Positions 27,346-37,670 of a stretch of 64,000 bases of DNA are shown piece by piece. This DNA comes from an uncultured virus (IMG/VR IMGVR_UViG_3300027832_000011) (lineage: Duplodnaviria > Heunggongvirae > Uroviricota > Caudoviricetes). The stretch lies in the IMG/VR virus record IMGVR_UViG_3300027832_000011, positions 1-64,000 of that record. One strand, given 5' to 3'. The notes beneath the pieces are model-generated. The model did not search any database, had not been told where the DNA came from, and worked only from the letters and a program-made list of their open reading frames with translations. The translations under genes and the position numbers were made by a program. Position 1 is the stretch's first letter; each line of letters opens with the position of its first letter.

Positions 27346-28488
27346 CTATTTTTTGTTTTTACTTAATTCTTTAGTTTTATTAATTAATTCATTTAATTTA
27401 TTGTTCTCATCAATCCTATCCTTACCTTTAACAGCACCTAAAGTATTTAATGAGCTATAAGCGATTAAATGTTTCATCTTACTCATTTCCTCACTAACTA
27501 ACTTTTTATTAGTACCAGAAACAACAATTCCCTGACCTTCTGTTAAACTTCCTTCCCATTTAACTCTATAAGTTTCATTACCATCAGTCATTTCAAAGAT
27601 TTTATTATCAACCTTATAACTTTCTGGGATTAAATTTAATGCGTTAGAAACTCCGTTGAACTCACTTTTAAATCTTAATCTTTTAATACCTTCCATCACT
27701 TTTAAATTATTAATTTTTTTAAATACCCAATTACTACCCATACCATCAGTTGTAACCCAATTACCTTTCTTATCTTTAAATCTATCCATTCCGTTAACAG
27801 AATCAACATAAGTTACTAAATAAGTATTATCATCGTTCTTATTCTTCATCTCGATAGTATCACCTTTATTAGCTTCGAAACCAATATGGAATGTTTCATT
27901 AACATTATCTTTTTCATTTGAAGCACCTTCAACCGCTATTTTTTTACCACCACCAACGGTTTTAGTTCCTTTTGGTAAAACCTCAATATCATCACCAAAT
28001 TGTGTAGTTGGTACTGTGGCTTTATTTCGCTTATCGTTAGAGGATTTTACTGTAGCTACTAATTCAGAACCGAAGTTATCGTTAGACGCACCCCAAACCG
28101 ATTCAGTGTTACCATTACCCTCACCAGTTTCAGGGTTCCATTTACCAGTTTTAACTGCATTACCCATAGTTGAATCACCAGTTAAAGATTTTTTTGCTCT
28201 ATCTTTGAACGTTTCGCTAGGCTCTCTGTCATATTTAAGCATTTCTTGCCCATTTCTGATTTCCATTTCATCATGATATTCTTTTTCAGAACCCTCATAA
28301 TTCATCTTCACACCATCTTCTAACTCGTTATCATCAGTTTTAGCGTAGTCAGCCATTTTTTTAGTAACCTCATCGTAATACTCTTTATTAACCTCATCTT
28401 CATCCTTCTGAACTTTTTCAGTACCTTGAGTTGAATTATGTTTAACAAACGCTTCAAAAAGGGCATTCTTAATTAAATCCTTATCCAT
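27346..28488 (-). CDS. hypothetical protein (probable virion-associated)
   Basis: 380 aa charged protein in operon behind a TATTTATA motif. Confidence 0.7.
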   Translation of the reverse strand: MDKDLIKNALFEAFVKHNSTQGTEKVQKDEDEVNKEYYDEVTKKMADYAKTDDNELEDGVKMNYEGSEKEYHDEMEIRNGQEMLKYDREPSETFKDRAKKSLTGDSTMGNAVKTGKWNPETGEGNGNTESVWGASNDNFGSELVATVKSSNDKRNKATVPTTQFGDDIEVLPKGTKTVGGGKKIAVEGASNEKDNVNETFHIGFEANKGDTIEMKNKNDDNTYLVTYVDSVNGMDRFKDKKGNWVTTDGMGSNWVFKKINNLKVMEGIKRLRFKSEFNGVSNALNLIPESYKVDNKIFEMTDGNETYRVKWEGSLTEGQGIVVSGTNKKLVSEEMSKMKHLIAYSSLNTLGAVKGKDRIDENNKLNELINKTKELSKNKK

Positions 28489-29923
28489 TATTTTTAGTTT
28501 TATTTCTTTTAATTATTTCTCTAACTTCATTAACAGTTCTACCAGTTTTTAATGCAACTGATTCATAAAAACCCTCAATTTTAACAACATCATCAACACT
28601 ACCAACACTACAACCACCATCTTGGGCTACCGTATTGTTATTTAATTTTGTGCAATCATCAAAAGAAACTTGACTATCCGTTTTTTTAAAATTCTCACCA
28701 ATACTACCAAATTTCCTTGGTTGAATGTTAGTTACTCTAGCATTTACATCAAATTTTTTATTTATCATTCTAGTAATACCAAAACCCTTAGCTTCGGCTT
28801 CCTCAATCGTATTACCATCAATATACATGTCTAACTCAACAACGAATCTTAATTTCTTACTATCATCTTTATCGTATCCATCCTCAATCATCTTACCACC
28901 TCTAACTATTGATTTCCTACCCAATGGTTGGACATAACTACCCCCAACGCTACCAGTAGTAGTCATCTCTTTTAAATTATTAAGATGTTGTTCAATCTCA
29001 TCTCTATCACCATCGAAAGTGTTACCCAAAAATTCTTCTTTATTAAATGAAGTTATTTTAGATATTACATTAGCACTAAATAATTTAGTACCTTTAGTGT
29101 CTAATTCAAGCTCACCGCTTTCAATCGCAACATTTATTTTATTGTTTAGGAAATCGTTATCCGAATTTGGGTCATAATGGAAATTCATTAAGTCAATGTA
29201 GTATTTACCACCATCATTATCAGATAATAAACCAAAATCACCATAATTTTTAATTAACATTACAACATTTTCTTGTGACTCCATTTCGTATTCTGGTCTC
29301 GCATCACTTTGATTCCAAGGTGCATTTGAATCATCCTCAGCACCAGATGGGTAATCACCATATTCATTCACATTCCCTAACTCTAAATCATCACCATATA
29401 AAACCTCATCAACTTTTTCACCATCTACATTAATAACTTTACCACCATTTTCCATATCATACCTATTCTCAACGAATTTATTATATAGATGTCTACCAGC
29501 TGTTTTAATAATCTTTAAAACTTCTTGTTTAGGTAATTTATTTATTAATTTTCTATTTAATTTTAAAACTTCACTACCACCAATAACTAAAGTTGTGAAC
29601 AACCCAGTTGATAATAGGAATGCTTTATAATCACCCCAAGTAACACCATTTTTAACCCAAAAAGGTGATAACCCTTTTTGTGATGGGTCGTTAATGAAAC
29701 TCTTAAAAGTACTTATTAAATTAGATAGAAATTCAGGGTCAACACTAGTAAGTGTATCCATAATACCCTCACTCACGTTATTAAGGGTCATTTGTTTTTC
29801 TTTTGACTCAAATAACCTTGAATACTGACCCTTATCTATTTTTAATATTATTCGTTTTCCAATTGAATCCTCATGCTCCTGAATCATTTTTACTTGAGAA
29901 TTAGTTAATTTTATTTTACTCAT
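28481..29923 (-). CDS. hypothetical protein (probable virion-associated)
   Basis: 480 aa; YPSGA..D..APWN and EMTTTGSVGG motifs. Confidence 0.7.
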   Translation of the reverse strand: MSKIKLTNSQVKMIQEHEDSIGKRIILKIDKGQYSRLFESKEKQMTLNNVSEGIMDTLTSVDPEFLSNLISTFKSFINDPSQKGLSPFWVKNGVTWGDYKAFLLSTGLFTTLVIGGSEVLKLNRKLINKLPKQEVLKIIKTAGRHLYNKFVENRYDMENGGKVINVDGEKVDEVLYGDDLELGNVNEYGDYPSGAEDDSNAPWNQSDARPEYEMESQENVVMLIKNYGDFGLLSDNDGGKYYIDLMNFHYDPNSDNDFLNNKINVAIESGELELDTKGTKLFSANVISKITSFNKEEFLGNTFDGDRDEIEQHLNNLKEMTTTGSVGGSYVQPLGRKSIVRGGKMIEDGYDKDDSKKLRFVVELDMYIDGNTIEEAEAKGFGITRMINKKFDVNARVTNIQPRKFGSIGENFKKTDSQVSFDDCTKLNNNTVAQDGGCSVGSVDDVVKIEGFYESVALKTGRTVNEVREIIKRNKTKNNG

Positions 29924-29994
29924 TTATAATATCTTTTAAGTTCTTACATATAAATATTAAAATAATTCATAAAAACACTAAATAAAGGGTTTTA

Positions 29995-30786
29995 TTAAAA
30001 ATTAAATAAATTATAACTGAAACCAACGCCTAATTGGGCTCCTAATCCAGCTGTACCCCTAAAATTATCAACGTAGATACCATAACCAGTATAAAATCCA
30101 ACACCAAACCTTCTTTTTTTAGTGTATTTACTCAAAACTGGGTGGGTTTGAGGGTCTATAATAACTGAGTTTAAATCCTTAAGAGAGAAATCAGGGTAAT
30201 TTGACCTTACAAACATCTCAACATTACCATCTTTTTCTCTTAAACCTTGTATTACGTCAAAACTAATCTCATCATTTATTATCTCAGTATTTAAAGGTCT
30301 TAACTCTAAATTAATTGTATCAACTATATATTTAGAAACGCCAGAAATTCTTCTATAATTTACTGAATCGTAAACTTTTTCATAATCCCATTTCAAACCT
30401 TTCACACCATTAGGGTAAATCGCAATATAGTTTGGTACTTTAATAGTGTCTTTTGGGTTATTCTTAATTGATATAACGTACTTAGTTAGCTGACTAACCT
30501 TACCCTTCTCTTTTGATAATTCATTAGCTAAATCACTGTTTAAATTCTTTAAATCTTTTTTTTCTGAAACTAGTATATTTTTACTATATTCAACATCACC
30601 AACTTTATTTTCACTAACCCTTAATGAATCACTTAAAGCTTTTAAATTTTGCTCAGTAATATTATTTTTAACTTGTAGGTTACTAGATTTATTACAATTT
30701 AAAACCGTTAATAAGATTAAACCTATCATAATAACAATTAACAGTCGGTTGGTTTTTTTATAATCCATTTTCATCCCTATCACCAT
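29995..30786 (-). CDS. membrane-anchored coiled-coil protein (possible lysis/spanin-like)
   Basis: N-terminal TM, coiled coil, C-terminal FGVGFYTGYG...GVGFSYNLF beta-hairpin. Confidence 0.55.
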   Translation of the reverse strand: MVIGMKMDYKKTNRLLIVIMIGLILLTVLNCNKSSNLQVKNNITEQNLKALSDSLRVSENKVGDVEYSKNILVSEKKDLKNLNSDLANELSKEKGKVSQLTKYVISIKNNPKDTIKVPNYIAIYPNGVKGLKWDYEKVYDSVNYRRISGVSKYIVDTINLELRPLNTEIINDEISFDVIQGLREKDGNVEMFVRSNYPDFSLKDLNSVIIDPQTHPVLSKYTKKRRFGVGFYTGYGIYVDNFRGTAGLGAQLGVGFSYNLFNF

Positions 30787-31225
30787 TTTTGTATTCAGTA
30801 TTTATTTTTTTAGCCCACTCGTCAGCCCATCTATCATAAAAACCTTTTAGTTTTTTAATCAAATTAATGGTTTCATCATCAAGTTGTAAATTATTAGCTG
30901 TTATATACAGACCATTAGATTCTTCTAATGATAATTGCCACTCCATACCATTTTGTAGTACACCACCAAATATTACATTACTAACATCAGGGTATATTTT
31001 AAATGTTGTGAAATCAACTCTAGCTGAAACCAAATCCCTAAATGTGTTGTGTTCTTGATTTAATTCTTCTTGACTAAGTGATACGGCTTTATTTTCATTG
31101 GAATCACCAACCCCATTTTCACCAAAACCCTCTTTGATTAACCTGTTTCCTTTGGTGTGATTTTCTCTAATAACATTTAACATCTTCCTAGTGATGTCAT
31201 GCTCATTATTTTGCTCTATACTCAT
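30758..31225 (-). CDS. hypothetical phage protein
   Basis: 155 aa ORF. Confidence 0.7.
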   Translation of the reverse strand: MSIEQNNEHDITRKMLNVIRENHTKGNRLIKEGFGENGVGDSNENKAVSLSQEELNQEHNTFRDLVSARVDFTTFKIYPDVSNVIFGGVLQNGMEWQLSLEESNGLYITANNLQLDDETINLIKKLKGFYDRWADEWAKKINTEYKNGDRDENGL

Positions 31226-31227
31226 TT

Positions 31228-31890
31228 TTATTTACTTTTTACAATTTTTTTATTAAACTCATTAAAATCGAATGCTGGTGAAACGTCATAATTAAATTTT
31301 GAAAAATTACTCCTAAACATTATACCATCAAAACCATTAGGATTCATTATCTCAACATTGTGACCAATACATTCTAACGGTATTTCGAATAATATGGATA
31401 AATCTTTACATAATGAAACTAAACTATTAAGTTGTTTCTCACTATATGGTGCCCAAAGTTCTTTATCACGCCATTTTTTACTAATTAACCTACTCTTCCT
31501 AATATAAATATCATTATTCCAAGTTAACTTATCTTTTTTTTCATTTTCAACATTAATATAACCTTCATTAACCAAAGTAATACCTATAATTGAGTTATCA
31601 ACTGATTCATCATTTATAAAATAACTAAAGTACTTGGGGTTAAAATGTTCGTAGATAACCCCATTTAAATCAATGGTATAACTTGATGTGTTCTTATAAT
31701 CACCAGATATTCTATTAACCCACCTATCAAAATGTTTCATTTCGGAAGTGTTAGAGTTACCAATAACAATTTTATTTTTAGGTGAGACTACCTTAATATA
31801 ATTCGACTCACCTAATTTATATTCTTTATTAACCATCCTATTTTCGATAAAACATGTTTTTAGTGTCTCCGTTAACATTAAACATATCAC
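31228..31890 (-). CDS. N-acetylmuramoyl-L-alanine amidase-like protein (Amidase_2 fold, first metal ligand apparently lost)
   Basis: Y.ID..G.IY..F, SI.I.L.NEG, YSEKQL.SL..L...L...F.IP, DVSPAFDF. Confidence 0.7.
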   Translation of the reverse strand: MICLMLTETLKTCFIENRMVNKEYKLGESNYIKVVSPKNKIVIGNSNTSEMKHFDRWVNRISGDYKNTSSYTIDLNGVIYEHFNPKYFSYFINDESVDNSIIGITLVNEGYINVENEKKDKLTWNNDIYIRKSRLISKKWRDKELWAPYSEKQLNSLVSLCKDLSILFEIPLECIGHNVEIMNPNGFDGIMFRSNFSKFNYDVSPAFDFNEFNKKIVKSK

Positions 31891-33094
31891 CGTCTATTCT
31901 ATTAACCGAATTCTTGATATCGGGTATTGAGGTTGGGAAACCTCTATCACGTTCATTAATCTCTCTTATTTCCTTGATATCATCCCTCTGAACCTTCCTA
32001 GTCTTATTTAAAATATCAACAATACTATCAATTAATTCCTCATTTACAACCTCATTTACAACCTCACTATCTAAGTTTACAGCCTCATTTACAACCTCAT
32101 TTACAACCTCATTTACAACCTCATTTGTAACCTCTTCATCTAATTTTATAGTCTTACTAGTAAGTTCATTAAAATGTTCTACACTCTTGAAAGTATCGAT
32201 AGGTTCATCAATCAAATTATTATCCTCTTCTATTGTTAAAGTATCAAAATCTAATTTGGTTTCTTTAATCTCACCTACATTTTTATTTGCTTCAGGTTTG
32301 ACCAATAAAGCTTTTCTATTCTTATCGAAAACCCAATTAGTTGCTATTACCAATGCAATGGCTAAAGGGTCGAATACGAATATTAGTAATAGTATAAAAT
32401 AATTAACTATCTTATCCATAGATGTGTTAGTTAACTCTGAAATATATTTTAAAGGGCCTATCTCCCCAGCAACCTTGGAGTTACCTACTATTTTAAATTT
32501 TTCATTTTTTAATGATGAAATTGAATCTAATAGTTTGTTATTTTCAGAAACTAAATTATCAATTTCTGAATTCATAGTTTGTATTTCAGAACTAGCTTGT
32601 TTAATATCATTTCTTATCGCCCAACTATTCTTACCCAAGTCTAATCTATTTTCTTGACTAACTCTAGAGTTATTCAATTGATTAACACGCTTAGATTTCA
32701 ACTCAACTAATTTATTATTTGAGCTTACCTTACTATCAAATTGTCTAATCTTATTATCATATAAATTAGATTCCCCATTTAACATGTCTAAATTATTCGC
32801 TGTAATTTGATATGCGTTAGATAGGAATCCATAAATACCAGCAGAGGTTATCGTGACTAGCACGGCAACCCCTGTTGTTAAATATATTTTTAATGATTTA
32901 CTTATCTCTTTCCAATATATATGTAAAAAACTAGTGGCGATTATTTTACTAAACTCTAGTGCTGATGCCATTATAATAACAGCTAAACTAGCTCCAGCAA
33001 ATAATTGACTAAGACCATATACAGAGAAAAAAGCTGCGCAACCAGCTACTAATAAAGCTGATAATCCGAGTAAATATCCAAAATGTAACTTCAT
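31838..33094 (-). CDS. multi-TM coiled-coil membrane protein
   Basis: AAFFSVYGL, LEFSK, ITSAGIYGFLS, GPLKYI, LIFVFDPLAI. Confidence 0.75.
   Translation of the reverse strand: MKLHFGYLLGLSALLVAGCAAFFSVYGLSQLFAGASLAVIIMASALEFSKIIATSFLHIYWKEISKSLKIYLTTGVAVLVTITSAGIYGFLSNAYQITANNLDMLNGESNLYDNKIRQFDSKVSSNNKLVELKSKRVNQLNNSRVSQENRLDLGKNSWAIRNDIKQASSEIQTMNSEIDNLVSENNKLLDSISSLKNEKFKIVGNSKVAGEIGPLKYISELTNTSMDKIVNYFILLLIFVFDPLAIALVIATNWVFDKNRKALLVKPEANKNVGEIKETKLDFDTLTIEEDNNLIDEPIDTFKSVEHFNELTSKTIKLDEEVTNEVVNEVVNEVVNEAVNLDSEVVNEVVNEELIDSIVDILNKTRKVQRDDIKEIREINERDRGFPTSIPDIKNSVNRIDGDMFNVNGDTKNMFYRK
32037..32133. repeat. 12-nt coding tandem repeat (NEVV)n
   Basis: cctcatttacaa repeated within 31838-33094. 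Confidence 0.85.
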
Positions 33095-33095
33095 A

Positions 33096-33941
33096 TTATT
33101 TATCTAATATTTTTTGTAAATTTATTGTGTTATGTCTAAGCTTTCTAATAGCCTTTTCTTTAATTTGTCTAATCCTCTCTTTAGTAAGATTAAACTTATC
33201 ACCAATATCTTCCAAGGTCATAGGTTCGTATTCATAGTCTAGACCAAAATAAAAGCTGATGATTTCTCTCTCCCTAACATTCAAAACTTTTAATGTTTCA
33301 ATTAAAGCATTTCTTAGTTTATCGCTATCAGTTTTATTGATTATTAAATCCTCGATATTTATATCATCGGATATTAAATCAGATAACTCATCACCATCTT
33401 CATTTATATAATCATTCAAAGAGCTACAAGAGGAAACGTTAATCTCCTCGAATATTAAATTTTCACCATTAAAGTCAATCTCTTCATTATCCGTTGGTAG
33501 TCTCCCATTCTCGAACTCAAAACTAGCCATATGTTTTTTAGTTAAGTTAATCTTACTAATAACATTAACTGGTAACCTAATCGTTCTACCATGCTCATTT
33601 AGATATTGCATGATAGATTGTTTAATCCAATATACAGCATATGAAATAAATCTAAAACCTCTAGTTGGGTCAAACCTATAGGCTGCTTTTATTAACCCAT
33701 AATTACCCTCATTGATTAAATCACTAAATAAAACACCACTATTCTGATATTCTTTAGCTACTGAAATCACAAATTTTAAATTTGCCTCAACTAATTCGTT
33801 AACAGCTTTTTCATCACCACTCTGGATTCTATTACCTAACTCCACTTCTTCGTCAATTGTTAATAAATCAACTTTTTTAATTTCCTTAAAATACTTAATC
33901 ACACTATCAGTATTATCAAGATTAACATAATTACTCCTCAT
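33096..33941 (-). CDS. RNA polymerase sigma-70 factor (RpoD/SigA family)
   Basis: region 2 DLINEGNYGLIKAAYRFDPTRGFRFISYAVYWIKQSI; region 4 TLEDIG..FNLTKERIRQI. Confidence 0.95.
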   Translation of the reverse strand: MRSNYVNLDNTDSVIKYFKEIKKVDLLTIDEEVELGNRIQSGDEKAVNELVEANLKFVISVAKEYQNSGVLFSDLINEGNYGLIKAAYRFDPTRGFRFISYAVYWIKQSIMQYLNEHGRTIRLPVNVISKINLTKKHMASFEFENGRLPTDNEEIDFNGENLIFEEINVSSCSSLNDYINEDGDELSDLISDDINIEDLIINKTDSDKLRNALIETLKVLNVREREIISFYFGLDYEYEPMTLEDIGDKFNLTKERIRQIKEKAIRKLRHNTINLQKILDK

Positions 33942-34011
33942 TAAATTAATTAATTAATTTTACCTTATACTTAACTATATAACATACTAAATGTTACATA
34001 AAAGTAAAGAT

Positions 34012-34530
34012 TTATTTTTTTATACTGTTTAATTTAACTAGTAAGTTTTTATCATACTCAGTTAAATTAAAAAAGCCTTTATCTAATAATAAATCTATTG
34101 ATTCCTCAATTTCAGAATCTGTCATAAACCTAATGTCTAAATTTGAACCTTTAGTGTTTACTGATTTAAAAATTGGGGTTTCAGTTGTTGTGGCACTGAA
34201 TGGATTACCATTTAAATCATCGTAAGATTCTGAAATGTCTACTGTGTTTATGTAATCAATGTAATCACCGAAAAGATGCTCATCGAATTTCTTACTACCT
34301 AATGAAACACTTAAAGTTTTCTTATTTATTTCCGAAATGAAAAAAGTTCTTCCCTCAATAGAGTTTAAATAAGTTTTAATCTCATTACAATTTAACCCTG
34401 ATTTAAATGTGCTCATAAAAACGTTTTTAGCGTTTATATATTTTGGGTGACCTTCAGAAATTTCTAATAAATCCTCTTTAATACCATCAATAGCACCTAA
34501 ACTAACTAACAAATAATTTTTTAAACCCAT
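34012..34530 (-). CDS. hypothetical phage protein
   Basis: 172 aa; C-terminal ID.LLDKG...LT..DK..L. Confidence 0.7.
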   Translation of the reverse strand: MGLKNYLLVSLGAIDGIKEDLLEISEGHPKYINAKNVFMSTFKSGLNCNEIKTYLNSIEGRTFFISEINKKTLSVSLGSKKFDEHLFGDYIDYINTVDISESYDDLNGNPFSATTTETPIFKSVNTKGSNLDIRFMTDSEIEESIDLLLDKGFFNLTEYDKNLLVKLNSIKK

Positions 34531-34573
34531 ATTCCTTATCTTTATTATTAATACAAATATACATATAAAATTC

Positions 34574-36811
34574 TTACTTAACGTATATTTCTGATATATT
34601 ATCAGTTTTGGTTATTGATATTATATTGTCAGACCAATCTTTCACAATGTCGTTGTGTGTGATTAAAAATACAATCTCGTACATGTCACGTATCTTCTCA
34701 AACATTGGTTTCAATTTTTCAATATTAATATCAGCTATTTTACCCAAAACTTCGTCAAACGTAATGAAATTTGGCATTGGTAGGTGTGACATCTTACCTA
34801 AAACACATCTTAAAGCCAAACTAGCTATGGTTCTTTCTAAACCACTACCAGATTTTAAAGGTTTTAAAATATCATCCTTTTCTAATAAATACTCAACTTC
34901 GTTTTTTGAGTTAATAATTAATTCAATATTAAAATCACAAGACTCATCAAGTAATCTATATAACTCAGAATTTATGATAGGTAATACTGACCTTAACACT
35001 AGTTTACTAATACCCTTTTTACCAACCATTTCAATGTAAACTTTAAATATCTTATCAACCTCTTCCTCGTTCTTAATCTTGGAAACTAAAACATTGTTTT
35101 TCTCAATTAATAATTTCTTATCCCTTAATAAAGTTTCAATCTCACTTATTTTTTTAAGTAATTCAGATTTATTATATTCCTCAATCTGAATATCAGATTT
35201 AATCTTAGAAACCATCAAATCAACGTCTAAGTTAAATTCTATGGAATCTTTATTTAAGTTATACTCAGTTAAAAGTTTATTTTGGTCAACATAATCAACC
35301 TTTAATTGCGCTAACTCCAATTCATTTTTACCAAGTAGGTTTTCTAACCTCATTCGCCTATCAACTAATAATTTATTTGTATTTAAATCCTCAATAACCT
35401 TATTAATTTCAATTAATTTAGCTTCAAATTTTATAATATCACCAATTTTAATAAGTAATAACGCCTTATTATCTTTTATCTCAGTAGAATGGTCCACATC
35501 CTCTAACGGTCTACTACATGTAGGGCATAACTCACCATTTTCCAAATCTGAAACCAACTTTTCAATTCTAAGTTTATCCAGACCAGAATTTGATATTTCA
35601 TTATTTATAATCGCTCTATCCTCAATTAATTTAAAATATTTAGATTCATCATAATCAACAGCTAATAATGATTTAATCTCAACATTTAAATTTGCAATCT
35701 CAACATTTTTATTTTTACCAGCCAAACCAATAGCTGATAATTTACTCTCTAAAGTATCTGGGTTTAGAATTGATATTTTCTCATTAACATTCTTTTTGGA
35801 TGATAATTTAATGTCTTTAGATTCATTTAAATTACTAAGCTTGCCATTTAATACTCCCATAGTTTCGTTTTGATTACTAAATGCAATATCTAGTAACTCA
35901 ATTTTCTCACCACAATCATTTATCTCATCAAATAATGTTGTAATATCATAAATATTAGCAGTTTTAGTTTTAGCAAATTCATTGTACATATCCCTAGCTG
36001 ATTTTTCTTTCAACTCAATTATTTCAAGACCAATGAATTTAGTTAATAATTTACCACTCTCAGTTGGTGTTGAGTCGATTAAATCCTCAAGGTTACCACC
36101 AGTTGCTAATATTGTAATATCAAAATCTTTCTCAGAACCAATCGTATTTTGAATTGTCATAGTTGAAGCCTTGCTATCCTCATCATTCAATAAAACCTCA
36201 TCACCATCTGGTAATAACTCAAAATAATTAAGTTGATTCTTCACAGCCCAACCACCTTCTTTTTTAAGCGTTCTACTCATCTTTCTCTCGATTATAATTT
36301 CCTTACCATCGAATTCAATCATCCCTCTAACCTTCAACTCATTTTCATCGGTATATGAGTTAAAAATTTGTTCATTCTTATCAGTTTTAGTTGTTCTACC
36401 AAAAAATAAGAATTTTAATGCGTCAACACTAAAAGTTGTATTATGTGAAACTATACCATTGGAGTAGTATTGATGAACTTCAGCCACTTGAATGTCATAT
36501 AATGTATCTTTGGAAGACATCAACTCAATGGATTTAACGTTAGACATCCCATTAACTGTTTGAATCGACTCACCAACCTCAACTTCCTTTAAAAGAACGA
36601 AATCCCCATCCTCTTTTTTTAACCTATGGTAATCAGCACCCTCAACGTATTTACCATCTTCAAGTTCACAACGATATACATCAGCATTTTCTTCGGTTAT
36701 ACCACACCAAGTTATATCTTTATATCCATATGGTGTCTCAACCTTAAAGTTTAAATCACCATATTTTTCATATATAGAATTTAATTCACCAATTGTTATT
36801 TCTTTATTCAT
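34574..36811 (-). CDS. SbcC/Rad50/gp46-like ATPase, C-terminal part, preceded by C-intein
   Basis: 124-aa intein ending SHN/T, coiled coil, CPTC zinc hook, SGLER signature, FITFDE Walker B, ITH H-loop. Confidence 0.92.
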   Translation of the reverse strand: MNKEITIGELNSIYEKYGDLNFKVETPYGYKDITWCGITEENADVYRCELEDGKYVEGADYHRLKKEDGDFVLLKEVEVGESIQTVNGMSNVKSIELMSSKDTLYDIQVAEVHQYYSNGIVSHNTTFSVDALKFLFFGRTTKTDKNEQIFNSYTDENELKVRGMIEFDGKEIIIERKMSRTLKKEGGWAVKNQLNYFELLPDGDEVLLNDEDSKASTMTIQNTIGSEKDFDITILATGGNLEDLIDSTPTESGKLLTKFIGLEIIELKEKSARDMYNEFAKTKTANIYDITTLFDEINDCGEKIELLDIAFSNQNETMGVLNGKLSNLNESKDIKLSSKKNVNEKISILNPDTLESKLSAIGLAGKNKNVEIANLNVEIKSLLAVDYDESKYFKLIEDRAIINNEISNSGLDKLRIEKLVSDLENGELCPTCSRPLEDVDHSTEIKDNKALLLIKIGDIIKFEAKLIEINKVIEDLNTNKLLVDRRMRLENLLGKNELELAQLKVDYVDQNKLLTEYNLNKDSIEFNLDVDLMVSKIKSDIQIEEYNKSELLKKISEIETLLRDKKLLIEKNNVLVSKIKNEEEVDKIFKVYIEMVGKKGISKLVLRSVLPIINSELYRLLDESCDFNIELIINSKNEVEYLLEKDDILKPLKSGSGLERTIASLALRCVLGKMSHLPMPNFITFDEVLGKIADINIEKLKPMFEKIRDMYEIVFLITHNDIVKDWSDNIISITKTDNISEIYVK
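36440..36811 (-). mobile_element. split intein, C-fragment (124 aa)
   Basis: block B GADYHRL, block F TLYDIQV, block G YYSNGIVSHN followed by Thr. Confidence 0.9.
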
Positions 36812-36838
36812 TTATTTTCTTCTTAAAATTATCGTTAA

Positions 36839-37474
36839 TTATTTCAATTCATCTGGTAGGAAACCTAGTTTTTTTACTATGTCATCAACATTATAACTAA
36901 TTTTTATGTTAGTGTTTGCCCTAACGCATTTACCACCTTGATTTGATGGGTTTGACGTTACAACATTAAGCCCTTTTAAATTAGCGAATGATATGAAGTT
37001 TTGTTTTGGACCATAACATAAGAAATTGTTTAACATTAACCACTTCAAATTCCAAGACCTATGTGTTTTTTGTGTTAAATCAATATTTAATGAATTATTT
37101 ACCTTATCATCTAATTTCATTAACCTATCTAAATCAACACTTTTAGCTTCCCTAACGAACCATTCCTTCATCAAGCTACGTTGATATGAAATATCCATTA
37201 TATTATCAATAGAAGCTCCTTTAACCTCTATTAACTCACCTTTAGAATTTACCTTAAAAGGTCTGAAAATTATATTAACGTTATTTTTATCAACCCCGTA
37301 TTTTTTTGCGAAATCATTTCTAACTTTAATTTTATTCTCACGACTGTAATTCTCACCTTTATCACCCCAATGTACTTTAATTTTAGCACTTTGAGGAATA
37401 TTTATAATTTTATTCATCTTCTCCGTAAATATTTTTATTAACCTTATTAACCTTATTAATTTTAACACTTTCAA
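36839..37474 (-). CDS. SbcC/gp46-like ATPase, N-terminal part, followed by N-intein (start probably MNKII near 37417)
   Basis: L..L.LNNFLCYG, GLNVV...SNQGGK (Walker A first half) then CVRANT. Confidence 0.88.
   Translation of the reverse strand: MKVLKLIRLIRLIKIFTEKMNKIINIPQSAKIKVHWGDKGENYSRENKIKVRNDFAKKYGVDKNNVNIIFRPFKVNSKGELIEVKGASIDNIMDISYQRSLMKEWFVREAKSVDLDRLMKLDDKVNNSLNIDLTQKTHRSWNLKWLMLNNFLCYGPKQNFISFANLKGLNVVTSNPSNQGGKCVRANTNIKISYNVDDIVKKLGFLPDELK
36842..36928 (-). mobile_element. split intein, short N-fragment (29 aa)
   Basis: CVRANTNIKI block A directly after GGK. Confidence 0.85.
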
Positions 37475-37670
37475 TTTTAATCACGTCAATAACCTTTGGT
37501 GGTTCCACTTTTTTGTTTTTAATCGGTATTGTAACTCTATGTCCATACTTAATACTATTAAAACCAACCCTAATAGCTTTACTGATGAATAATGTTGTGT
37601 CTAAAACATCATTCAACTCACAATATTCTTTAATATCACTAATTAACTTATCATCAATCTCTATTAACAT
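37410..37670 (-). CDS. hypothetical phage protein
   Basis: 86 aa, DI..YC.LN...GF...KYG. Confidence 0.7.
   Translation of the reverse strand: MLIEIDDKLISDIKEYCELNDVLDTTLFISKAIRVGFNSIKYGHRVTIPIKNKKVEPPKVIDVIKIESVKINKVNKVNKNIYGEDE

Noticed and set aside
3406..36841. Stop-codon reassignment (in-frame TAA at 3406, 5337, 36839)
   Set aside because: TAA is the main terminator of intact genes throughout the window and coding density is high in the standard code; the cases are better explained as two nonsense mutations and a split intein.
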